This document shows, piece after piece, positions 23,878 to 33,605 of a stretch of 64,000 bases of DNA. Position numbers and translations under genes: made by a program. The first letter of the stretch is position 1; the number at the start of each line of letters is the position of its first letter. Origin of the DNA: Craspedostauros australis (Eukaryota). The stretch is taken from positions 1 through 64,000 of the forward strand of contig JALAGF010001633.1 of assembly GCA_030167865.1 (NCBI GenBank), written 5' to 3'. Under the pieces are notes generated by a model, which did no database searches, had not been told where the DNA came from, and saw only the letters and a program-made list of their open reading frames with translations.

Positions 23878-24645
23878 GGTGGAGGTTGATTTGTTGTTTG
23901 TGTATTGTGTCGCGGACAGTCAGGTGGGTGGGTGGGCTCTCCTCACCTGCCTCGGCAGGGCTGCAGCACGAGACGCGATGCCACAGAAGCAGCTGTTCTC
24001 TCTCGTCTCCCTCACCTTGACGTTGACCCTCCAACGAGCAGCAACCAGCAACAAGGTGACGACACCGCAGTTGCACGTTGTTTCGCGATGATCCCTTGTT
24101 GACGGATCATGTTGTCACTTTTTCCATTTTCGGAGTGGATCGGTTGAATCGAAAAAGGCGCAAGTTGAACACGTATCCTTGAGAACTCGGGACTCACGGT
24201 ACAAACTCAACGAAGGATCCGCGCAGGACTGCGTGAAATGACGACATCCGGATCCAACAGAATCGATTCCGCGAGTTTGTGCGCGTTCGCTGTGTCTCGT
24301 CGTTCTTTCTTCTTCTTGTTGTCGTTGCTGTTGGTGGTATCGTTGTGCTTGCTGTTGTTGTTGTTGTTGTTGTTGTTACTGTTGTATCGTGGTCTCTGCA
24401 CGGTCGGCGTGGTTGTTGGTGTTGTTACTGTTGCTGTTGGTGCGGTGTGTGGTTACGTCTCTCTGTTGCAGCAACGTCGTTGTTGTAGCGGGTTGGCTCG
24501 TGTTGTTGTGTGAGTCAAGGGTTGTGGGTGTGGTTGCCGTGACTGTTGCAGTTTGGATCGTCCGCTCCGAGCTTCTCCCTCTCTCTTCGTGTGGTCTCGC
24601 CCTCTCCTGGATTGCTTCTGGTTGTCCACCACCAACAGCAGCAAC

Positions 24646-24702
24646 AGCAGCAACAGTGGCAGCAGCAACAGTGGCAGCAGCAACAGTGGCAGCAGCAACA
24701 GT
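24646..24702. repeat. 15-bp tandem repeat (AGCAGCAACAGTGGC)x3.8 upstream of the plus-strand Lhcr
   Basis: Perfect copies at 24646, 24661 and 24676, plus a partial copy, embedded in a CAA/CAG-rich tract. Confidence 0.92.
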
Positions 24703-24785
24703 AATAACAGCAACAACAAAACACACAATCCAACAGCACACCGTTGTAGACGAATACCATCCAATACACGACGAAACTTGACACC

Positions 24786-25854
24786 ATGGTGAAGACTTTG
24801 ATGATCGCTGCCGCCCTGGCCGGCACTGCCAGCGCCTTTGCTCCATCCCAGAGCGCACCAAAGGCAGTCACCTCCCTCAACGAGTTCGCCAACGGACTGG
24901 TCGGTGGTGAGGGTCCAGAGCCCATCCCATTCAGCTCCCAGGGATCCTCCGTCAACTGGGATCCATGCGGTTTCACCGAGGTACGCGTCGCTGGCACACG
25001 AAACACCACACATGTGCAGAGAGACAGGAGAGGGATGTGGATGGATTGATGCAATGGAATTGATGGATGGCATTGATGGATGGAATGGATTCATTGAGGG
25101 GGATGCGTGGTCTGCGTCAACGGTCATGAGTCATGCGGGATGCCGGATGCTGGGTGGTGGGTCCGCCAGATAATCGATCAATGATGACCAGCAGCAACCC
25201 TGTTCGAGAGCTTGTCGCATGATGGGCTTCGCAAGAGTTGCACAACGCTCCATGGCAGCAGCATGCCATCTCTCCAGAGCCACCGTTGCTGTTGTTGGTG
25301 CTGCTGCTGCTGGCTTTCCTTTGCTCACATTTCTGCGTCTCCACCACCTCTGTTTCCATTTCTCAACTGCAACGCTCACAACAACCAATCGCCCACCTCA
25401 ACCAACTCATCAATAAACCAACCAACAGAGAGCCCCAGAGTGGGTCCCATGGTTCCGCGAGGCCGAGCTCAAGCACGGCCGCGCCGCCATGCTCGCAACC
25501 GTCGGAATCGTCGTCCCAGAATTCGTCCGCATCCCAGGCGAGCAGTTCTCCTTCGAGTCCATCCCAAACATCATCGACGCCCACGATGCCCTCCCAGACT
25601 CCATGATCCAGATCTTTGCCTGGATCTCCTTCATCGAGGCATGCACATTCCCTGCCTTGGCCAACATGAACAACTACGACCGCCAACCAGGTGACTACAG
25701 CTTCGATCCTCTTGGCTTCTTCCCAGAAGACGAGGCCGCCCAGGAGAGAATCAAGCTCGTCGAGCTCAAGAACGGACGTCTTGCCATGATCGCCATCGGC
25801 GGTATGGTCACTCAGGCCACCATGACCGGACACGGATTCCCATACCTTCCATAA
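24786..25854 (+). CDS. Lhcr: Fucoxanthin-chlorophyll a/c light-harvesting protein, Lhcr-type; 2 exons: 24786-24980, 25429-25854
   Basis: Canonical ASAFAP motif, WFREAELKHGRAAMLA, PGDYSFDPLG, VELKNGRLAMIAIGG and TGHGFPY. The intron is GTACGC...CAG. Confidence 0.96.
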
Positions 25855-26523
25855 ATGCCGCATCGTATCATGTATACGAGTATAACGCATACGAGTATAA
25901 TACGTTTGATACGGAATGGAATGGTACACTATGGCGGAGGATGGCACACGGGGATATACCCGTCCTGTGCAACCACAGTCCAGGTACCCCCACCTCATCC
26001 ATCTACCAATTCGCTTGCGTTCCATCCAATGACAGCACGATGGATTAGCTTGGAACGCAAGCACAACTCAATACAACGCAACCAAATCAGACGAGACCCA
26101 ACACAGCGGCTCATCAATGTATGAATGGTGAAGCGGGAAGGACCTCGGGGATCGCGCTGAATTGAAACGACGCAAGGTGTGCATTCCTTTTGTGCACCAT
26201 GTTGGAAGCAGCAACGTTGACGGCTGAGCAAAGTACATACACACACGCACATAACAGAGTTTAGCCGAACGACAGTGATGTTTCAAATCGAAGTACTATG
26301 GTGTGGTGCTGAGAAGAGCACCATATTCGTACGTGGGCCATCCTCGTGTTAGTTCTGATACAACAGCTTTGTGAGACGCGAGCCTGCACTTTGAATGCGT
26401 TGCTTAGCTCGTCGCCGGACAACGGGGACGGTAAAGTATTCGACAGCATGCTACGTACGAATTGTATTCTACGAAGTGTCACATGCTTACGCTGTGAGTT
26501 ACGTAAATCATACATACTCGTAT

Positions 26524-26560
26524 GCATTAGGACGCATTAGGACGCATTAGGACGCATTAG
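26524..26560. repeat. 10-bp tandem repeat (GCATTAGGAC)x3.7 downstream of the WD40-TPR gene
   Basis: gcattaggac gcattaggac gcattaggac gcattag. Confidence 0.92.
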
Positions 26561-26641
26561 TATGTACAGTATGGTAGTCCACTCGATGTACGTGTACAGG
26601 ACAGCGCTCATTTGCGTCTCTGCATCTGTACCATCACGAGA

Positions 26642-29600
26642 TTACTTCTTCTTGCTTTCGCCAGCAAGCGCATCACCGAAAGCAAACTTGAACTTCTTGC
26701 GCACGCGTTCGCTCGAGGTCTTGTGACTTTGCTTAGCAAGCTCCAGCTTGCGCAGCACCAGCTTGTCTGGCTTCGCTCCGATCTTCCGGGTGCATTGAAC
26801 GCTCTTGCTGAAGGCCGAGACGGCATCCTGGAAGTCCCCGATTTCAAACTGCGCCGAACCGAGCCGGAAGTACGCCTTGGCTTGCAGCTTCATGGCGGTG
26901 CCGTACACTTCCGCGCATTCCTGGGCCTCCTCACCATCTTCCTTGATCACGACGCCCTGCTTCACGCAGAATGGTTCGAGATGGTCCTTGGCTCGGCGCG
27001 CCTGTTCTTTCGCTGTCGCCAGGCTCCTCCTCTTCAACATCAGCAGGGACATGTTCAAGTGGATAGTCACGAGGAGATTCAGCTCATCTCCCCACCTGTA
27101 CTTATCCAAAAACGGGGCATCGCGACCTCCTCGGAAGTCTTGGAGCTTGCGCGTGAATTTCTTCAAGTTCACGAAGGGATACTTCATGAACAGGAGCGCA
27201 CCGTACTGGATCGCCATGTCGTATCGGTGAGCTGCCAGATCTAATTCGTTGTTCTTCAGTGCTTCGTTCCCACCTTCCTTCAATTCGGTCATAGTTTTCT
27301 CAGCCCACTGGTGGATGGGGAGAGAGGAATGGTCGGAATACGCAGTGGATTCGTCGCTGTCATCGTCATCATCGCTGTCATCGCCTTTGATCTGGGTCTT
27401 GCCTTCGTCACCCTTGTTCTTGCTGCCGTCCTCTCTGTCTGCAGCTGTGGCGGCGGTCACATTCGTATTCGCATCACCTTTATTTTTGTCGCGGCTGCTG
27501 ACACTGCCGCTACCGCTACCGACATCTTCTTCCTTCAAGGTTTTGGAAAATGATGTTGTACAATCAGCGCCTTGGTTCGCAGCTTTAATCTTTCCGGGAT
27601 CGCTCGATAGTGCAACCTTGTCCACCTTTTCGTTGCTTACATCGATCAATGTCGGCGGCTTCGAATCGCCCCGATCTTCCGTCTTCTGTTCGGAGCCCTG
27701 CTGTGCTTGCTTTGCCTTCTTTTCCTTCTTGGCTGCTTTCTTAATTGCCATCCGCTCTTTTTTCGCAGCCTCCTCTGCCATAAACTCTTGATGTTTCTTG
27801 CGCTGCGCCTTCAGCTCATTGATCCTCATCCATGAAGGCGCCAGCCTGTCAATGTTCCACCGGTCCCAAGATTCGGGACGCACACTCCTGTAACGGGCAT
27901 CGCTGATATTGCAGTTCTGAAAGTTGAAGAACTCGTAGCCCTTGTAGACTTCGCTGTTCTCCCACAACGTCCAGCCGTCCCGATAATAATCGGAAGGCGA
28001 AAGCACCAGGTCGCACTTATCGCATTCAGACGTGCTGCTTGCCTTTCTCGCTATCGATTCCTTCACGGTCCAGGGAGTTGCCGCGTTCCAAACCAAGCCG
28101 AATTGATCCGCATGGTGCCGTGTCCGCATACGGCAAATCCGACTTCGCAGCTTCTCAATAGGGCATCGGAATGGTGGCTCATCCATCTCCAGCAACGAGA
28201 AGAGGCACGTATTGAGGTTCTCGCGAAGGAGCTTGGGGAGATTATGTAGATAATTCCCAAGGACTTCGGGCTTCGAGCTTCCAAAGTCGGCCTCAAGCAG
28301 CTTCATTCGCAACGAACTCTCCTTGGTTCGCGAGCTCAGCAGTTCGTCGGGGAACCAATCTCCAGTCAGATGCATACTATGGAGCCTCTCCAAAACGCGG
28401 TCGATGCCTTTCCAGCTCCAAACTATCGAGCTCGGCGTGTACTTTTTCCTCCTGGCAACCTGAGCCCTGCCCACCGGCGAATCGTCCACTGTGTCGTCAA
28501 CAGGCACAGAGGCTCGCCACACCTTGGCTGTGCTATCAATGCCGTATGACACAAACACGGGGAGGGTCGGGTGCGGGACGATGCCGTTGCATGTGGAGCG
28601 ATCTGCCTTCAACAATGAAACGACCGAGCCTGTGGCCTTCTCGTATATCCAGGCACATCCTGAATCCGAGCCGGTGCAGATGTACTCGTCGCGCGGGCCG
28701 GCATAATGGGCGCCCTTGAGGAATGTGTATCGGTTCAGGTGGCCACCGTAGGCGGCAATTTCTCTGACTGCTTCATCCCCCATTTCGGTCTCCCACGCCA
28801 CGCCCAGCTTGTCGAGATCATCCAACGTTGGTCCTGCCGCGCACTTCCCGTGAGGCAGTGCGGGGAATGTGTAGATCTGATCACTCTCGTAATTCACCAG
28901 CAGCTCTTGCTTGTCCCTCGATAGTTCCAAGCTGGAGACAGGAACCTCCGCGATATCGGAGAGGTCGCGTGGGACGTAGCTGCGCAGTATCTTGCTGGAA
29001 TCCGCCATTCGAATATCTGCCAAGATGACAGCGGAGCTCTCGCCGCCAACGAATGTGTACATGGACCCAGTTTCCTCGAGACCTCCAACGGAACCGCTGG
29101 TCTGCCAGACGGCGCACGACTTGCACGACATGCCATCCGTGTCCAGTATTGCGCTCATGTCTTGCTCGCTGGGCGGTAGTCGGACGTCGAATCGCAGCAA
29201 CCCACGCTGCGTGCACAAGAGGCCCACGTTCCGAGTGATGAGCTGATGCGAGAAGCAGAGCCTGTCACGAGAACTACGGTAGCCACCGATGAAGCTGATG
29301 CCTTCGTGGGCATAGTCCGGATCGACGATGACAGTGGACTGGCCGGAGCTCAGATCTGACATTCGCAGATATCCGTCGGCACCGCACGTCATCACCTTAC
29401 CGGGCTGGTCCCGACATGCCGTTGCATGGAAGACGTTGGCGTAATGTCCGGTGTGCATAGAGAAGAGAGGGGTGACGCAGCCGGGCAACATAGAGGACTG
29501 CGTCCCGCGTCGTCGCTGTCTATGCTCCCACGTCTCGATCAATTCGTCTTCATCAATCGATTGGTTTGGTGCTGAGAAAGGACAAATAGTTGATGTGCCA

Positions 29601-30229
29601 CCAGACCAAGGACTGACTGTCCCCATGGCATTACTGACGTCCCAGAACTTGAGATATTTATCGTCTCCCGAAGTAAGTAGTTGTGTGGGACATTCTCTTG
29701 ATTTGATCGCTTCACCACCAGTTGATTCCGTGGAGAGACGCCAGTTGCAATCCAGCCATGTGGCGGTGTTGATGCAGCCAGAATGTTGGATGGAAGGCAC
29801 GACCGGGCGTCTCCCGGCAGCATTGATCTGGTTCCCACTGGACGGCGCAGCTTCACCATCGGCTTCAAATGCACCCATGTCCAATATCACGCCAGCATCC
29901 ATCATATGACGGTATCTCCACTCTGCGGCGTCCTCATCGGAGTCTTCACTCTCACTCTCACCATCGTCATCGTTATCATCACCGTTGTTATCGCTGTCAT
30001 CGTCATCGTCATCGCCATCGTTATCATCACTGTTGGCATCGCTATCTTCCTGTTCTCGGTTTTGTGATCTGACAAATCGGCGGCGACCAGACACGGGGCG
30101 CTCAGCTTCACTATCAGACGAGTCGGAAGACGACTCAGATTCATCTGAGGATGCTGGGGTGGACGCGTTGTGCCTGGCCTGGTTCATCAGTATGCTTGCT
30201 GGCGTGCCGGGCCCAACGGCGAGGATCAT
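26642..30229 (-). CDS. DCAF8/DCAF6/WDTC1-like WD40 protein (putative CUL4-DDB1 substrate receptor) with a C-terminal TPR domain; intronless
   Basis: HSGCIN, LLTSGDDKYLKFWD, TGHYANVF, YGGHLNRYTFLK.A.YAGPRDEYICTGSDSG and NGIVPHPTLPVFVSYGIDSTAKVW fit this WD40 family. LKEGGNEALKNNELDLAAHRYDMAI and KAYFRLGSAQFEIGDFQDAVSAF are TPR helices. Confidence 0.85.
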   Translation of the reverse strand: MILAVGPGTPASILMNQARHNASTPASSDESESSSDSSDSEAERPVSGRRRFVRSQNREQEDSDANSDDNDGDDDDDDSDNNGDDNDDDGESESEDSDEDAAEWRYRHMMDAGVILDMGAFEADGEAAPSSGNQINAAGRRPVVPSIQHSGCINTATWLDCNWRLSTESTGGEAIKSRECPTQLLTSGDDKYLKFWDVSNAMGTVSPWSGGTSTICPFSAPNQSIDEDELIETWEHRQRRRGTQSSMLPGCVTPLFSMHTGHYANVFHATACRDQPGKVMTCGADGYLRMSDLSSGQSTVIVDPDYAHEGISFIGGYRSSRDRLCFSHQLITRNVGLLCTQRGLLRFDVRLPPSEQDMSAILDTDGMSCKSCAVWQTSGSVGGLEETGSMYTFVGGESSAVILADIRMADSSKILRSYVPRDLSDIAEVPVSSLELSRDKQELLVNYESDQIYTFPALPHGKCAAGPTLDDLDKLGVAWETEMGDEAVREIAAYGGHLNRYTFLKGAHYAGPRDEYICTGSDSGCAWIYEKATGSVVSLLKADRSTCNGIVPHPTLPVFVSYGIDSTAKVWRASVPVDDTVDDSPVGRAQVARRKKYTPSSIVWSWKGIDRVLERLHSMHLTGDWFPDELLSSRTKESSLRMKLLEADFGSSKPEVLGNYLHNLPKLLRENLNTCLFSLLEMDEPPFRCPIEKLRSRICRMRTRHHADQFGLVWNAATPWTVKESIARKASSTSECDKCDLVLSPSDYYRDGWTLWENSEVYKGYEFFNFQNCNISDARYRSVRPESWDRWNIDRLAPSWMRINELKAQRKKHQEFMAEEAAKKERMAIKKAAKKEKKAKQAQQGSEQKTEDRGDSKPPTLIDVSNEKVDKVALSSDPGKIKAANQGADCTTSFSKTLKEEDVGSGSGSVSSRDKNKGDANTNVTAATAADREDGSKNKGDEGKTQIKGDDSDDDDDSDESTAYSDHSSLPIHQWAEKTMTELKEGGNEALKNNELDLAAHRYDMAIQYGALLFMKYPFVNLKKFTRKLQDFRGGRDAPFLDKYRWGDELNLLVTIHLNMSLLMLKRRSLATAKEQARRAKDHLEPFCVKQGVVIKEDGEEAQECAEVYGTAMKLQAKAYFRLGSAQFEIGDFQDAVSAFSKSVQCTRKIGAKPDKLVLRKLELAKQSHKTSSERVRKKFKFAFGDALAGESKKK

Positions 30230-30782
30230 ATTGTTGAGCCGAGATGGGTTCCTATCGCATGCCGTGCCGTTGTTGGAGGGGCAGGAGATGAGTTAATGAA
30301 AGAAAGAATGAATGAATGAGTCATGAATGAAAAAAGGGATACGGTTTGAGCGTTGAGCATGTTCAGGGATAGGCAATGGCATGTGTGCATTAAACGGCAT
30401 TAACGTATTGCGCATAAGGACTCTAGCGGTATGGCGCATGAATGCTGGCGGAGCACCATACTCTTGGCGGTGCACTTACCATGCAGCGATATGGGTGAGA
30501 TCTCGTGGCAGGATCTTGAAATACCTGTGTCTGGCATTCCATCGCTTGCGGTACCCCACGGTTTGTCGTGCATACAGCAACTCTGGCAACGTGCGGCGTT
30601 TGCGCTGCGCATAGTACGGTGGATTGAACGTGCGCTCCAAGTATGTGTTGTGGTGCATCCGTTCGCGCATGGCCTGGCTGCTACTTTTGCTGTGAGCAGA
30701 CAACGAACCGCCGGTGGTGATGGAGCTCCAGCTGGTCTCCCCATCGGAACTTCCTGTTGCCACTGACGAAACCGACATGCTG

Positions 30783-30845
30783 AATGTTCGATGTTCAATG
30801 TTCAATGTTCAATGTTCAACGTTGAGTGTTGAATGTTGGATGCTG
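30783..30845. repeat. Degenerate 7-bp tandem repeat (AATGTTC/AATGTTG), about 9 copies
   Basis: aatgttc gatgttc aatgttc aatgttc aatgttc aacgttg agtgttg aatgttg gatgctg. Confidence 0.85.
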
Positions 30846-31270
30846 CAGATGCGCCTCCGTATGAGCCACAGCACTCGCAGCGTATCTGTCTCGCGAATGT
30901 GTCGTAGGAGTATGGTACTATATGGCAAGTGCCCCAACTCTACTCAAGCATTCATATGCTAGCTCGTAATACGCACACCCGATCTCAGGCTTCCTTTGTG
31001 CTGTTGTTTGTTGGTTGCGGCCGGCTCTGTTGCGTTCTGGATTGTGATCACATGCATCTGCGCAGATGCAGAGCGCACGACCAACTCCACCAATTCCTGC
31101 GACATGGTGTTCTGCCTCCACGTTCTTGATGCGTCCAACATGCACAACGGTGTGCTTGTGGAGCAAAGATGGAATTCGTTTGTTTTCATGTCCCACAGAA
31201 CGTTTCGGTATCTTGGATTTCCATGATTCGGATATTCCGGTACTACGGACAGGCTAAAGTGAGATTTCCC

Positions 31271-31348
31271 GGTAAATAACGCTAAACAACCGTAAATAAC
31301 ATTTTTAGCGAATGTGTCTCGACCACTCATTTCTGTCGTTTATATAAA
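31271..31348 (+). promoter_or_regulatory. AT-rich putative promoter of dusA: three phased 10-bp TAAAYAAC units and a TATA box
   Basis: GGTAAATAAC/GCTAAACAAC/CGTAAATAAC at 31271-31300 and TATATAAA at 31341-31348, about 220 bp upstream of ATG 31570. The regulatory role is inferred. Confidence 0.4.
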
Positions 31349-31569
31349 TTTACCTTAATTGCCGCACCTCCTCATATTCATACCTTCATTTGTTGTGGTT
31401 TGTCAAACCACTCCGCAACCTCTTCGAGGGCGACGACTGCATGGTGCTCAATCTCTCGGTTCAATGACTTGACGTTCGGAAGTCAAAGAGACAAGTGAGA
31501 GGAGACCACTTCCTTCGATGAGGCACATTCCACCCTTGTTCCCGTTGAATCCGCAAAAGTAAACTAGCG

Positions 31570-33435
31570 ATGGTGACCTCCACCGTGTGCGAAGCTGAAG
31601 CGCAACATGCACAGAATGATGACCATCGCAATGAGCATCGTCAACAGCAAGAAGGGATGAATGATCAAGACGCACAGATTCTTGATGAGTCCGAGTGGTA
31701 TCGCCGTTTGCCACAACAGATATCACATCTCCGCCGCACATATGATCAGGAGGGAAACTATGGAGGCAATCGAGGCATTCGAGGCATTCGAGGCAACAAG
31801 GAACTTCACATCGCGCCCATGCTGGATGTCACCAACCGCGAATTTCGCCAATTCATGAGGATACTTTCCAAACGCTGCGTTCTGTGGACGGAGATGGTCG
31901 TCGATGAAACCATCCAGTACACTAAGCAGCCGCTGGATGCGTACTTGGCTTACGACAGTGACAACAACACTGGAAATGACGCTGCGACGAGCACAGCCGA
32001 CATCACGCAACATCCGATCATTTGCCAGATCGGCAGCAACACGCCCGAGTACGCCGCCAACATCGCCAGCATTCTGGAACATGACTATCGCTATGACGAA
32101 ATCAATCTCAACATCGATTGTCCCAGCAACCGCGTCTCTGGCAAGCGCGAGTTCGGTGCCGTCCTGATGAAGAAGATGGACGTCACACTTGGCGTCATTC
32201 GCTCGCTGGCCAAAGCATCGAACAACATCCCCATCTCCATCAAATGTCGTGTGGGAATCGACGATCGCGATACGTTGGAATACGTCGCCACATTCATTCG
32301 CAAGATGCTGCCGTACTGCCAGAAGTTCTACCTGCATGCTCGCAAATGCGTGCTGGGCGGATTGCTGTCGCCAGCCCAAAATCGTATCGTGCCGCCGTTG
32401 AACTACCCCCGAGTCTACATGCTGTGCACGATGTTTCCGCAATGCGAGTTCTGGATCAACGGTGGCATACCCGGATTGAAGGCTGCGAAGGCGTTGTGTT
32501 ACGGGACGATGTTGGCAGAGGAGGTTTGGAAGAACGATGCGGGCGGGGAAAGTGACGGAGACGATGGCGACAACGACAACATCGGTGCATCGCAAAACAC
32601 CGCGCATGGACACGTCGTGCCGTGCCAGCTTTGTGGGGCCAATAATGGATCATGCACCGTAGCTCCACCCATCGCGCCGCCCAACCTCCGCGGTTGCATG
32701 CTGGGACGTGCTGCACGAGACAATCCCAGCATGTTCTGGGACGTCGATCGATACTTTTACGGCGAACCCACGAATCCCTGCAGCAACCGTCGCGAAGTGT
32801 TGCAGCGATACTGCGGGTACTTGGAACGCATGTACCCTCGACGGTGCTGTGATTCGGATGACGAGATCACGCAACGGATACCGGCGCCGCAAGTTGTTCA
32901 TGAGAGACCGCACTGCGATATTTGCAAACCGCGGGATGCTGCTGAGGATGATTCCGCTGTTGGCACTGATGCGAATGGAAGGAGCATGGCGACTCAACCA
33001 GAATCGGCGCTGAACACCACCACCACCACCAGTGGCAGCAACAATGGCAAGAAACAGAAGCAGAAGAACAAAGCTAAATGCAAAATCACTGTGCACGTGA
33101 TCGGGCGATCGTTGCAGCCCATCATGGGCTTGTTCCACGGGGTATCCCACAGCCGCAAATTTCGTCGTGTTTGTGACGAGTATCGCAACAGCACCAGCAT
33201 TCGCAACTGCGGCCCGGCCTACATCATCCGCCAGATCATGGAGAAGACTCCGGCAGAGCTGCTGGAGGAACCATTCGTGCCAACAGAGAATCTTGCGGAT
33301 ATTCCCGTCCATGTGGCTCCGGCTTCCGATTGCTGCCAGCAGCGGGAACGGGCGTTGGAACGTCGGCGGATGTTGAAAGGAAGGAAGGAAGGACAGCCAC
33401 AAGTGATGGCGAAGAATCCAGAATGCTGTGAATAG
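31570..33435 (+). CDS. dusA: tRNA-dihydrouridine synthase, DusA-like
   Basis: IAPMLDVTNREFR..MR.LS....LWTEMV, YDEINLNIDCPS.RV.....FGAVLM, PISIKCRVGIDD, HARK..L.GL.SPAQNR.VPPLNY..VY, INGGI and G.MLGRAA..NP are DusA-type signatures. Confidence 0.92.
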   Translation: MVTSTVCEAEAQHAQNDDHRNEHRQQQEGMNDQDAQILDESEWYRRLPQQISHLRRTYDQEGNYGGNRGIRGIRGNKELHIAPMLDVTNREFRQFMRILSKRCVLWTEMVVDETIQYTKQPLDAYLAYDSDNNTGNDAATSTADITQHPIICQIGSNTPEYAANIASILEHDYRYDEINLNIDCPSNRVSGKREFGAVLMKKMDVTLGVIRSLAKASNNIPISIKCRVGIDDRDTLEYVATFIRKMLPYCQKFYLHARKCVLGGLLSPAQNRIVPPLNYPRVYMLCTMFPQCEFWINGGIPGLKAAKALCYGTMLAEEVWKNDAGGESDGDDGDNDNIGASQNTAHGHVVPCQLCGANNGSCTVAPPIAPPNLRGCMLGRAARDNPSMFWDVDRYFYGEPTNPCSNRREVLQRYCGYLERMYPRRCCDSDDEITQRIPAPQVVHERPHCDICKPRDAAEDDSAVGTDANGRSMATQPESALNTTTTTSGSNNGKKQKQKNKAKCKITVHVIGRSLQPIMGLFHGVSHSRKFRRVCDEYRNSTSIRNCGPAYIIRQIMEKTPAELLEEPFVPTENLADIPVHVAPASDCCQQRERALERRRMLKGRKEGQPQVMAKNPECCE

Positions 33436-33605
33436 AAACGCTCTCGATTGGTGTATCGATTGTTTGGTATAATAGTATTCAGCAATATAATAGTAATGAG
33501 CAGACTATCCGTTGAAAATGGGCGACTAGGTCGTCGCATTGCATTGCGTTCCTCGTTGCCTGTATCTCCTATACTCCAAACACACAGAGAGAGAGAGAGA
33601 GAGTA

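Noticed and set aside
24207-25127. ORFs with poly-Leu, poly-Cys or AATVA repeats between the Lhcr genes
   Set aside because: These are translations of trinucleotide-type repeats in the intergenic spacer, not credible proteins.
19514-26560. Short direct-repeat arrays (15-bp and 10-bp units) as possible CRISPR arrays
   Set aside because: The units are directly adjacent with no unique spacers, are too short, have no cas genes nearby and sit in a eukaryotic context.
26524-26560. TTAGG-containing repeat as an interstitial telomere
   Set aside because: The unit is the 10-mer GCATTAGGAC, not tandem TTAGGG or TTAGG.
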